Assembly (NCBI GenBank): GCA_051294375.1
Contig: CM119268.1
Coordinates: forward strand, 23,964,349 to 24,028,348
Direction: 5' to 3'
Source: Paraspadella gotoi
Taxonomy: Eukaryota; Animalia; Chaetognatha
DNA: 64,000 nt
Part shown: in pieces, positions 11,683-24,327 of the stretch
How positions within the stretch are numbered: position 1 is the stretch's first letter
Layout: each line of letters begins with the position of its first letter
Made by a program: the position numbers and the translations under genes
The notes under the pieces: generated by a model
Told to the model about the DNA's origin: nothing
The model's input: the letters and a program-made list of their open reading frames with translations, nothing else
Database searches by the model: none

Positions 11683-13007
11683 CAAAAAAATAATATTTTG
11701 ACTAATCACATCACATAAAATAAACCAATCAGAAATATCGTACCACTCAGACGACCAACCAACCAATCATACCAATCACACATCATGCGTTCTTGTCGCT
11801 ATCGCAATCAGACGGATTCAGTTTCGCCTTGGGTCACTTTTGGGTCAGAACTGTTTTGGTTTGGGTCAGAGAGGGAGAGAGAGAGNNNNNNNNNNNNNNN
11901 NNNNNNNNNNNNNNNNNNNNNNNNNNNNNNNNNNNNNNNNNNNNNNNNNNNNNNNNNNNNNNNNNNNNNNNNNNNNNNNNNNNNNNNNNNNNNNNNNNNN
12001 NNNNNNNNNNNNNNNNNNNNNNNNNNNNNNNNNNNNNNNNNNNNNNNNNNNNNNNNNNNNNNNNNNNNNNNNAAAAGGACTAATGGTGTTTAAGTTTTCG
12101 ACGTTTTTCATAATCGTTCATTTGAAAATAGAAAAAGAAGTAAAAGGTTTTTTTGTGANNNNNNNNNNNNNNNNNNNNNNNNNNNNNNNNNNNNNNNNNN
12201 NNNNNNNNNNNNNNNNNNNNNNNNNNNNNNNNNNNNNNNNNNNNNNNNNNNNNNNNNNNNNNNNNNNNNNNNNNNNNNNNNNNNNNNNNNNNNNNNNNNN
12301 NNNNNNNNNNNNNNNNNNNNNNNNNNNNNNNNNNNNNNNNNNNNNNNNNNNNNNTCTCTCTCTCTCTCTCTCTCTTACACACATATTTGTTAATTTGCGC
12401 TGATGAAGTCTCTTTCAAAGATTCACCATAGTCGAAACATGTCCAATTTCAATAAAGATTCTGCCGTTGTTGAATGAATTCTAAGCTCAAACATAACGAA
12501 TCGAAATTAAAAAAAATTAAAAATAAAATCGAAAATAAACTAATCTTCTTTGTAAAAAAAATATAAAAACTTAAAAGAGGAGAACGAGTCTCGCTCTCTA
12601 TCTCTCTTATTTGTTTTTCCCGTCTCCTTCCCTCTCTCTCTCCTTTTTCCCTCCATCCCTTCCCCTTCCTCTTCTCCTTTTCCTCCTCNNNNNNNNNNNN
12701 NNNNNNNNNNNNNNNNNNNNNNNNNNNNNNNNNNNNNNNNNNNNNNNNNNNNNNNNNNNNNNNNNNNNNNNNNNNNNNNNNNNNNNNNNNNNNNNNNNNN
12801 NNNNNNNNNNNNNNNNNNNNNNNNNNNNNNNNNNNNNNNNNNNNNNNNNNNNNNNNNNNNNNNNNNNNNNNNNNNNNNNNNNNNNNNNNNNNNNNNNNNN
12901 NNNNNNNNNNNNNNNNNNNNNNNNNNNNNNNNNNGATGATGACGACGACGATTAATACGACGACGACGATGATGATGAAGTTAAAGATGACAAGGATGAC
13001 TAAAAAG

Positions 13008-13072
<65 letters not shown>

Positions 13073-14104
13073 TAGAAAATAAAGAGTGACAAAAATATTA
13101 CAAAGACATGAAAAGCTGACAATAAAAAGGGAAGCGATGACAACAACCACAACAGGAAAGCAGATTCCAGTCGCTTCCGCTTTTATGGNNNNNNNNNNNN
13201 NNNNNNNNNNNNNNNNNNNNNNNNNNNNNNNNNNNNNNNNNNNNNNNNNNNNNNNNNNNNNNNNNNNNNNNNNNNNNNNNNNNNNNNNNNNNNNNNNNNN
13301 NNNNNNNNNNNNNNNNNNNNNNNNNNNNNNNNNNNNNNNNNNNNNNNNNNNNNNNNNNNNNNNNNNNNNNNNNNNNNNNNNNNNNNNNNNNNNNNNNNNN
13401 NNNNNNNNNNNNNNNNNNNNNNNNNNNNNNNNNNNNNNNNNNNNNNNNNNNNNNNNNNNNNNNNNNNNNNNNNNNNNNNNNNNNNNNNNNNNNNNNNNNN
13501 NNNNNNNNNNNNNNNNNNNNNNNNTTTGTCCCTCCATCTCACCGATTGGTTTTTCACATGCATTGATCTCATGCAAATTTTTCGTCACTTCATGTTTAAT
13601 CATTTTTACTAAGGATATTAGCAGTCAAAGACACAACACATTTATAGACATTAATTAAAATAATACGATACCACTTCCTCGCATTCTTAAGATAGTCGGA
13701 TCCTTTAGTATTTAATTTGTTAGTAAGTCTTGAATAAAAACTCGGATGCCTTAACAAAAGATAATTTTATCTACTTACTAAGTAGAGTAAATGGATATTT
13801 TGTTTTCGTATTGTCAATTGATAACAAATAAAAATGACAATAACATTGATAACGAAATTCACTACTGAAAAAAACGTCAACAATAGTGATAACAACAACA
13901 ACAACAACAATAATAATAATAACGACAACAACAACAACAACAGCAACAACAACAACAACAGCAACAAAAACAACATCAACAACAACAACGCGGAAGAGCT
14001 CCGTCATTTGTTCCAATTTTTTCGCGTTTGATTCGACAGAAAAAAAATGGAATGAAATCAGAGAGAAAAGGAAAAAAGGAATCCAATTTGGAGGAAAAAG
14101 GAGA

Positions 14105-14302
14105 AAATAGTAGGTCGGGTTTGAGAGGATAATAGGTTGGGATGGAAAAGAGAAAATAGGTTGGGATGGAAATAAAAAATTGGTTGTAATGGAAAATAGA
14201 AAATAGTAGGTTGGGATGGAAAAGGAAAAAAATGGTTGGAATGGAAAAGAGAAAATTGGTTGGGATGGAAAATAAAATATAATAGGTTGGGATGGAAAAG
14301 AG
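14105..14302 (+). repeat. ~24-bp minisatellite AATAGGTTGGGATGGAAAAGAGAA
   Basis: About 8 degenerate tandem units, giving 8-aa periodicity (FPSQPIFS) in the ORF track. Confidence 0.85.
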
Positions 14303-14532
14303 ATTGAGATGTAAGATTCAAACTCATGCATTTATTACAAAAAGAATAAATTAAGTTTAAAGTAAATTAATGATCTTTATATTAAAGAATAAATGAAAAT
14401 AATACAAATTTATCTGATCTGAATCGGTCCACGTTAATGGGTGAAATCAGCCTGAATCTACGCCCCCTGTTGAGCGTCCCCTTCGTCACCCGACGCCAAC
14501 CAAAGCCATCTATCCTCATATGAGGGTGACAT

Positions 14533-14582
<50 letters not shown>

Positions 14583-14709
14583 CCGTGAGAGAGAGAGAAG
14601 ATTTCCCGTGACGTCGGAAGACTTCGGGACACTTCATGCGTCATTCAATAGATGTGGGACTGGGATAAGGAAGACAGAGATGGAGAGACAGAAAAGCAAA
14701 GACGAAGAG

Positions 14710-14750
<41 letters not shown>

Positions 14751-15968
14751 GTGAGACAGAACAGATAAGACGGGATAAATTGAAAAAGTCTGGAATGTTA
14801 GAAATGAGACAGACAAATAGTTAACTTATATTGTCTTTTTATTTTTAACTCATTATTTCATTTATTCATTCTTTTATTAATAACTTAATTTATTTATAAA
14901 AACGATAATGCTCTCCTTATTTCATTAACTTATCTCTTTATCTTAGACATCGTCGTCGTCGTCGTCGTCGTCGTCGTGAGCATTGTGATTAACGTGAACT
15001 CTTCACAGGCGNNNNNNNNNNNNNNNNNNNNNNNNNTGAATTATTACAGAGCCATTGTTATGTGAGGAAAGAATCAAACGGTTTTAACTGAAACAAAGGT
15101 CTTCGAATCTGATTTAATACAGTCAGGTGGCCACAGGAATGGAGGCTTTTGAAAGATGTTGTGTTTTGGGGTTTTCTATTTTTTATTCTGTCGGATTTTC
15201 CTTTCGGGTTTAAAACAAAAAAAAATTCAAGAGAGAGAACTGAGAAAAAAATATTGTGGAAAATTTGTGAAGAAGAGATTTTAAGAGTCACTTTTCAGAT
15301 CAAAATGACACGAAGAGTTAAAAGCCCGTTCACGGAGAGAGTTTCACAATTCACAGATGTAGACTTGTAACTTTATACGTCACATCTACTGTAAAAAAAT
15401 ATAATCGAACATAAATCAATCGATCAATAATCATTCAATCATCAATCAATCAATCAATCAATCAGGCCAATGTATAAAGGGTCTAGTTTTTCTAATATTA
15501 TGGAAAACGGTTAGTTTTATGGGTTTACGAGTGATCGAGTAGGTTAGAGATTGCGGATTATGGTTATGCAATCTATAAAGGGTTAGGATTAGGGTTGGTA
15601 ATGGAAGGTAAATTATTAGGGTTGAATATGTGGAATTAAAATTAAGTTTTAAAAACAAAAAGGTTAGGTTTATAAGTTTCCACTGTTTTTAAGTGACATC
15701 GAAAATGATCAATTGTTAGCGTCATTTTCCTTATTCCGACTTTAATTAAATTCATTTTTATGACACTTTTATGTCTTTTTTTGTCAGCTCCATTGTTTTC
15801 ATATCCACGTCAGGAAACGAAGTTTTCTTATTTTTTTATTTTTGGATATATTTTTTTTTTGTTTTTACTTTTTATTTATTTATTTTTTTGTTTCTCTTTC
15901 ACGCGACGAATACGACGAAGAGTCTTTGTAATTTATTTCCCCTTTTCGGTCAATGTCTCTCTCTTTTC

Positions 15969-16025
<57 letters not shown>

Positions 16026-16292
16026 CTCTCTCTCACTCCTCCCCCTCTCCTCCCTCCCTCTCCCCTCATCCCACTGCCTCTCAAACATTCTTTCTTTCCT
16101 TTTTTTTAAATCATCTTTCCCCCAATTTTATTCAAAACGCCCGCGAAAAATGATTTTATGTGTTTTGTATATAAAGCGTTTTTTTTTTGGGCTTTTCAAT
16201 TCAACACCCCTTTTTCCTTTTTGTTGGCAGCTCCACTCGTTTTTGCGGCGATTCTGAGATCCAGCCTCATTTTTTGGGGGGGGAGGAGGGAA

Positions 16293-16352
<60 letters not shown>

Positions 16353-16561
16353 GGGAGTTTATTCTCCGCATATCTCGGCAACTTCCTCTTTGCCCTTTTT
16401 TTTTCTCAAAACGCTTTATGATTTGAGACGGGGCTTCGCTTTCCTGCTTTTACTTTTTTTCTCTTCTCTCTTTGAAGCGTCTATTTGACCACTGTCTTTC
16501 ACTCTCTCTGTCCCCCCCTTCTCTCTCCCTTCTCTGTCTCTCTCTCTCTGTCTCTTCTCTG

Positions 16562-16592
<31 letters not shown>

Positions 16593-17274
16593 GCTCTCTC
16601 TCATCGTCTCTCATCTCTCTCTCTCTCTCGTCTCTCTCTCTCTCAGAATAAATCAATCAATCTCTCTGTATTGTTCTTATTAGGAAAATAAATGTTTGAC
16701 ATAGTTCTATCAATCAATCAACATCATCATATTATTTTTTAAGTTTTGAACTCCTTGGCCTCTTTTTTTATGTGACTCTCTTTGGCCTCTTCCGTTGCTC
16801 TTTCAAACGCGACCCCGCTCGGGCGCAGTCCGCGCTTCTCTTTTCGCCCGGTTTTACGGCCCTCACGTTCGTTTACCCAGCCCTCTCTTCTCTCTCTCTC
16901 TCCTTTCTCTCCTCTCATCTTCCGTCGTCTCTCTCTCTCTCTCTTCTCTCTTCTCTCTCTCCTCTCTCTCATCCCTTTCTTCTCCCTCTCAGCGGGGCAA
17001 CGAAAAAGTGATCCGATAAGTGAAAAGGTCAGGAGGCGGGTCACGTGTTACTCACGTTCCGAGTCGCAATCCGGGGGTGTGGAAGGTCAGAGTCCAGGGA
17101 TCAGGGGATGCACCCAGTCCGGGGGGGTGGGAGGGTTCAGAGTCCGGGGATCACGCGACCTTTTCTTCTGAAGTCAACCTACGATTCAACCCAAACTCAG
17201 GACGTACGAAGACCAGTGCCGACAATGTGGTGCGCAGTGACAAGCTTGGAGATATTTAAATCAGAAGCGAAGTT

Positions 17275-17568
17275 CTGTAGTCGGGCAACTGTAGTCGGGC
17301 CATCTGTAGTGGGCATCTGTAGTCGGCATACGCAAATAAGTTCACATTGACCGATAAGCATGAATACCTCAGTTCGTGACTCGGTGGCCTCATAGAGTAT
17401 TTATAATCAGCTCATGACCATTAGGCACCGGGATCGATCCCAAGGTACCGTTCCCTGCGGGAGCAGTGAAGACGGCCGTAAACGCCGGCCTTGAGGGGCT
17501 TGGAAACACTTTTTCAAGCCTGGGTTCGAAAGCCAGGACACGTTCTTGGCTGCTAGAGGGGGGGTTAA
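17275..17568 (+). mobile_element. tRNA-related SINE-like element
   Basis: Homologous to the 49949, 50950, 57647 and 58647 copies. Has A-box-like TGGCCTCAT.GAG, B-box-like GGATCGATCCC, and body CCTGCGGGA..GACGGCCGTAA..GCTGCTAGAGGGG. The 5' end motif CTGTAGTCGGGCA is repeated four times. Confidence 0.75.
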
Positions 17569-18282
17569 ATTAGTTTCGGTAAACACCCTTCAATCGCAAT
17601 TTAGCGCCTTATTCTAAAACGCAAAAAATTTTTTTAAAAATTCATCCGTCGTACCAATCACAAGGTTGTCACGCGTCAATCACCTAAATGTTAGGGGGCC
17701 AATTACCAGTTCGTCCGCATCAATCACAAATCGCTAGTTTGTCAACATTCGTCTGGCGCAATCAGTAGGGTGACACGCGCTTAAAAAACGCTTTTGTTCG
17801 AAAAGTGCCAATCAGTAGTTTGACCGGCGGCTAATGCAACTTGTTTGTCAACGTCACATTTAAAATGTGCACCAGATCAAAGAAATATCCTGTGATAAAT
17901 CGCGATCCAATCGTCTAGAATTGAAGTGAGAGAAATCATTTTGATTCTGTCAGTCTATCAGTCAGTCCAGTGATGATGGAAGCTTCGGTCGTTCACATCA
18001 CGGCGATCATTAAATTAGTAGACATGATAAATCGTTAAGAATATTTCTACGTCTCTCTTCTCTGCTCTCTCTCTCTCCTCTCTCTCTCTCTCTGCTCTCC
18101 TCTCTCTCGTCTCCTCTCTCTCTCTCTTCTCTCTTTTCTTTTATTTTCGCCCTTAATTTCCTTTTTCTTTTCTTAAAAAAAAATCTTTTATTTCGAAATG
18201 ATTTTCGTTAGAAACGAGAAATTTTCGACGCTTCTTTCTCTCTTTTTAATCTTTGTCTGAATTTAGAGAGAGAGGATGAGAG

Positions 18283-18313
<31 letters not shown>

Positions 18314-20604
18314 GGAAGGAGAGAGAGAGAGAGAGAGAGGAGAGGAGAGAGATAGAGATGAGAGAAGGGGAGAGGAGAGAGAGGAAAAACGAGGAAGAGA
18401 AAGAAAGAGATTCTTCGTTTTCGTTCTTTCTGCGATTCAAATTTTTATTTTGAAAGCCCGCTAGAGAGAGAGGAAGAGAGAGAGAGAGGAGAGAGAGGAG
18501 AGAGAGAGAGAAGAGAAAAGATGAAGAGAGAGTAGAGAAAGAGAGAAAGAGAGAGAGAGAGAGAGGGAGAGGAGGAGAGAGGAAGAGAGAGATAAAAAGG
18601 GGAAAATGACGTCTTAATGATTTTCTAAGATTTTTTTTTTCCTTTTGAAAAAAAAATTTAGTTTTTTATTTTTATTTTTTTAGATGAATAAAAATAGAGA
18701 ATAGAAAAAAAAAGAAAGAAATAAAAGAAACAAAAGAAAATAAAGGAAAAAGGAAAAAAAATGAAACAAAATGGAAGACAACTTAGAGGATAAAAAGGAA
18801 AGAACATCAAACTGCCTTTATTATGATTGTTACCTGAGAACGTCTTTTTCCTGTTTTTATTCACTTCTTGTTTTCACTCTGAAATAAAACATTCTTGATC
18901 AATCGTGAAGACAATGAATTTAATTCTTCTCCAAATGTAATTAACTACATTATTAAAGTGAGAAACTGTTTTTATATAAAAACCGATTTGCAAATCCATT
19001 CAAAATTATCGGGAAATAAAAAAAAATTTAATGAGNNNNNNNNNNGTTAGTAAGTGAGGTCAAAGACAAAATGGAAAAAAAAAGAGAAAAACATATTTTG
19101 ATGTCAGAGGAAAAAAGAAAGTGACTTTAACGTTGACAAGTCACTGATAAGTTGTGATAGAGGTCAAAGTATTTAAAAATGTTATGATGAATATTAAATA
19201 GTTAATTAATTGAGTTGGTTGCATTGATGAAATAAACATATAAAATATATTGATTGTATTGAGATAGTTGTGATCATTTTTATAACCTTTTATAACGTTT
19301 TAAAATATATTGACACTCTATATTTTTTTTCTATATAATACAAAAGAATACAACAATATTCCTTGATGATTAATCCTTAACAATTAATAATAAAAATCTT
19401 ACTCCTAATAAATAAAAATGTCGTACTTATTATTATTGATTTTTAAACATTTTTTCAAAAGATTTTAAAGGCATATTCTAAATTAAAATCTTAGTTTTAG
19501 TTCTTTCTCTTTTTTTTCTTTTTTGATTGTCTACCCAGAACGTCACACTTCTGACCGTTTCTACTGGCTTTCTCTTAAGATCGCCCTCATTAATCAAATT
19601 CTCTCTCTCTCTCTCTCTCTCTCTNNNNNNNNNNNNNNNNNNNNNNNNNNNNNNNNNNNNNNNNNNNNNNNNNNNNNNNNNNNNNNNNNNNNNNNNNNNN
19701 NNNNNNNNNNNNNNNNNNNNNNNNNNNNNNNNNNNNNNNNNNNNNNNNNNNNNNNNNNNNNNNNNNCAATGATGCCATTTTAACGTTTTTTTCCTGGAAG
19801 ATAAATTGTGTGTTTTTATATTTTTTATAATTAATTTCATGGCCTGAATTAAATTTCATTTTTAATAAAGAAGATAAACATCGCCTGAATCGGCGACGAG
19901 ACGCTTGAACTCGACCGAGATCATCCTCAGCGACGCCCCGCGGGTCGTCAACCAGGTCCAAGAACTCGGAGACCAATGCCAACGTCTTGCGATCACTCGC
20001 TGAAGAACTCAACGCGCAGCGTCACCCGATCCGTCTCCTCCTCCTCCTCCTCCTGCCTCCTCCTACTCTCCCTCCCCCTCTTCCCCTTCCCATAGAGAGA
20101 TTCTCTAGACCAACCGACCCGCCGACTTCTCTCGAAGATGTCAAACAATAATCGACCACCTATTCAGTTTGTAGCTAAAGGAGATGTTAAAAAAGACAAA
20201 AAGAACATAACGACAATAACAACAACAAAAAGACAAAAAACAAAACCCCCCTGCTGTCGACCTAATCGACAGTCGGAGCGGCTTCGTCCCGGCATCCTCG
20301 GTCTTCCTCCCGCAAGCTCCGACTGCAATTGTACGTTATTTATAGAATTATATATTTCGTTTTTGAAATTTTTCAATTTTTAGTAATTTTTGAATTTTTG
20401 ATGTTATGGAACTTTATGGATTTGTTATGGATTTTGGAAGAAATTTAAATTGTTGCATGTTTCAACCGTCTCCTTTAACCAACAATTTATATAATTTGTA
20501 TATAATTATTTTAGTAATTATCATCACACTTTCAATCACTCAGATGGACGACAACAAATTTTGTAGTGATATTTCGTTACTCGCAATATTACAACAGGGG
20601 GGCA

Positions 20605-20929
20605 TGTGGCCACCTGAGCGAATTAAATCAGATTCGAAGACCTTTTGTTTTCAGTTAAAACCGTTTGATTCTTTCCTCACATAACAGATGGCTCTGTAAT
20701 AATTCAAACTGCCTTTATTATGATTGTTACCTGAGAACGTCTTTTCCTGTTTTTATTCACTTCTTGTTTTCACTCTGAATAAAACATTCTTGATCAATCG
20801 TGAAGACAATGAATTAATTCTTCTCCAAATGTAATTAACTACATTATTAAAGTGAGAAACTGTTTTTTATATAAAACCGATTTGCAAATCCATTCAAAAT
20901 TATCGGGAAATAAAAAAAAATTTAATGAG
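20605..20929 (+). repeat. ~325-bp interspersed repeat, unclassified
   Basis: The left part (20605-20706) recurs as a reverse complement at 15037-15135. The right part (20704-20929) recurs near-identically at 18807-19035. Confidence 0.8.
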
Positions 20930-21677
20930 GCTCACGGAATTTTTTTTTTTTTTTGTCAAAAAAATTCGCGAAAGTTTTTTTTTCTTCTTCATTTTAACAT
21001 TCTTTTGTTTCGAGATATAACGATGGCATTTTTTCTCTCCGTTTTTTTTTTTATCAGTCGTGGAGGAGCACATCCTAGGGGTTTATTCGTGTTAAATGTT
21101 TCGAGCAACAAAATTGGGGCGCCACTGAAGAAGAAGACTATATCGCAACGGTAATGTTTATTGAGGAAAGTCCCTGGCCGGAATAGTATTAGAAAAGAAG
21201 GAAGTTAGTAGAGCTCGAGAACCGCGGAGACTGGACTAAAAAAGGACGATCCTCGGGAGAGGAGGGGAAAGAGGAGGATGAGGATCGAGGAATCAACTAC
21301 TTTTATCTCATGAAACAAATCAATTGATAAACAAGTGCTTCTTAATCACGTGACATGCTTTCCTGCTTAACATGCCGCCTCTCGATAAGGTCGTCATCGT
21401 AATGTCATTAGTGCTCTGTCACTAACGTGTCACTAACGTGTCAAGACTCTTGTCACGCTTCTCGCGACCCTGGAACCTCGCCACATGTTCATATTATATT
21501 ATCGACATTTTAAATTACAAAATGGACTAAATGTCTCTCTTCTCTTTTGGTGAAATTACTTTCAAATCCGTTTTGAAATAAAATTCATTTAATCTTTTTT
21601 TACGTTTTATTTAAAATTTCGTGTTAATATCACTACTAAAATTGAATCCTCATCTTGACTGCATCTCATTATATATC

Positions 21678-21761
<84 letters not shown>

Positions 21762-21866
21762 TAGTGAGAAAGAGTGAGAGAGGTATAAAGATAAAGAGAC
21801 TGAAATTATAAACATTTATCGAATCCTAAACTTAGATTCAAAAAAGGAGAAAGAAGAAGGATGAGG

Positions 21867-21908
<42 letters not shown>

Positions 21909-22216
21909 AACAACAACAGTGACGAAGTTTAAAGAAATCGATTGATCGTTTATCGATAAAAACGACGACGACGACGACGACGACGACGACAAAAACTATG
22001 ATAATGATTACAATGAATACCACAACATTCATGAGAATGATAACAAAGACGATGCTGACGATGATGACGACGACCAAAGGAAATTTTGATTTCAACAGAT
22101 TTTTATTGAAAACTGATAAATATTGTTTCAGCTGCGCTTCTAGATGTTGTTGTTGTTGTTGTTGTCATCTTCTTCATATAGAATCGAAACTCGATTACTT
22201 ATTGTGGTTGAGGTTG

Positions 22217-22259
<43 letters not shown>

Positions 22260-22280
22260 ATTTGCATCATATTCTTATCC

Positions 22281-22427
22281 GGATAAGGCGTGAATTGAGC
22301 TGAGGAGTGCACTCCGCTACTTCTTAACCCCCTCTAGCAGCCATGGAACGGGTCCTCGGCTTGGAACCGGGCTTGAGGGTCTTCCACGCCCCCCAAAGCG
22401 GTTTGCGTTCTTCCTCACGCTTCCCGC
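22281..22427 (-). mobile_element. SINE-like element body fragment
   Basis: Reverse complement reads GCGGGAAGCGTGAGG..CCCTCAAGCCCGGTTCCAAGCCGAGGACCCGTTCCATGGCTGCTAGAGGGGGTTAAGAAG, matching the family. Confidence 0.8.
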
Positions 22428-22495
22428 TTGGGCTTTATTTTCCCTCAACCACCCATTACATCTTAAATTTTTTATCAAGTTAAAAATCAGGTAAG

Positions 22496-23097
22496 AGATT
22501 AGGGTTAGTGATTAGGTTAGTGATTAAGGTTAGTAATTAGGTTAGTGATTAAGGTTAGTAATTAGGTTAGTGATTAAGGCTTTTAATTAGGTTAGCGATT
22601 AAGGTTAGTGATTAAGTTAATGATTAAGATTAGTAATTAGGTTAGTGATTAAGATTAGTGATTAGTTAAGTGATTAAGATTAGTAATTAGGATAGCGATT
22701 AGGTTAGAGAGTAAATTTAGTGATTAGGTTAGTGATAAAGGTTAGGGATTAGGTTAATGATTAAGGTTAGTGATTAAGGTTACTAATTAGGTTAGTGATT
22801 AAGGGTAGTAATTAGGTTACTGAATAAGGTTGGTAATTAGGTTAGTGATTGAGGCTTTTAATTAGGTTAGCGATTAAGGTTAGTGATTAAGTTAATGATT
22901 AAGATTAGTAATTAAGTTAGTGATTAGGTAAGTGATTAAGATTAGTAATTAGGTTAGTGATTAGGTTAGAGAGTAAATTTAGTGATTAGGTTAGTGATAA
23001 AGGTTAGGGATTAGGTTAATGATTAAGGGTAGTGATTAAGGTTACTAATTAGGTTAGTGATTAAGGGTAGTGGGTTTAGGGTTAGGGTTAGGTTTAG
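22496..23097 (+). repeat. TTAGG-rich minisatellite (12/13-bp units) with a higher-order duplication
   Basis: Units TGATTAGGTTAG / TGATTAAGGTTAG. Unique markers GGCTTTTAATT (22578, 22853) and GTAAATTT (22711, 22973) recur. The array ends in TTAGGGTTAGGGTTAGG. Confidence 0.9.
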
Positions 23098-24286
23098 AGA
23101 TAAAAATAAATGTTAAATGAGTTAAAATTAAATTCAGAGTTTGGAAATTCCGCTTGGAAAAGAGTGCCGGTAATGGCGATAGTTTTGACCGGTCTTATTC
23201 AACTTTTTATTTTTCAGACAAGTCAGTCCAAAGTGTTTGTTTCAATTGTAATAAATGTTATGGAAATAACATGCATGAATATCTCGGGACTGTTGCATCG
23301 GCCGAGTGCAAGAACTCCCACATTCCGGCAGACGGAGAATAAGATTACACTTATGAAAGTAAAAATGATAAAAATTGATAAGCTTAAGCCTAATGTTGAT
23401 AAACAGCTTGTTTTAATCTATTGATAAAGGCGTTGGTTCGGGGCAGAACAGGCTATCAATAATACAATAAAAACAATAAAAACAATTCATAAGTCAATTT
23501 TAAAGTTGATCAGGATATTTTTGTAACATGCCAGATTTATGTTTGTATTAATACATTTATTTTTGTGTAAAATTTAAATATATATTCTTTTTTTTTGATT
23601 GGCCAGAGCGCTTAGAATCGGCGCTCAATTGTTTCTCTGCGGATTTCGGTCGAAGTCAAGACACGTTAACTGTCACAATAGGTAAAGTGGAATGGAAGGA
23701 TATTACGTCGACTGGATGTTGCAATATAACTTGGATTAACGGTGAGATTATGCAGGAATGGGGCCTGGTAAATGGTTGTGTTATGCGACGCGTCTCGTTT
23801 TCAATTCATTGAAACTACTTGAGAAAGATGGAGAGGATTACGAGAGGCAGAGAGAGAAGCTACGAAGAGGAGACGAGAGAGAGAGAGGAGAGAAGGAGAG
23901 GAGAGAGAGAGAGAAGAATAAGAACGACAGGTCCAGATAAACAAGAACGATAATTCTAATGTGGTTCGCAGCAAAATCGGTCAAATGTTGAAATGTTAAA
24001 AAAATAATTTATACAAACTTAAACTGTTCAATCTTAATAAAATTATAGTAGAAAAAATAAAATGAAGGAGAGAGAGAGAGACGAGAGGAGAGGAGAGAGA
24101 GAGAGAGAGAGAGAGAGGAGAAGAGAGGAGAGAGAAAGAGAGAGAAACAGAGAGGAGAAACAAAGAGAAGACAAAAGAAAACAGTAACAAAAGGAACCAG
24201 AGCGAGACAGAGAGCAGAGAGGGAGAGGACACATGAGCGGGGATAAAGAAGATGTAGACGCTTTCCCTCTCTTCTCCTCTCTCTCT

Positions 24287-24327
<41 letters not shown>

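Noticed and set aside
14413-14540. C2-domain-like peptide DLNRSTLMGEISLNLRPLL
   Set aside because: Very short, no polypyrimidine acceptor upstream and a stop soon after. Likely chance.
23073-23097. True telomere
   Set aside because: Only 2-3 TTAGGG units, internal, and flanked by ordinary sequence.
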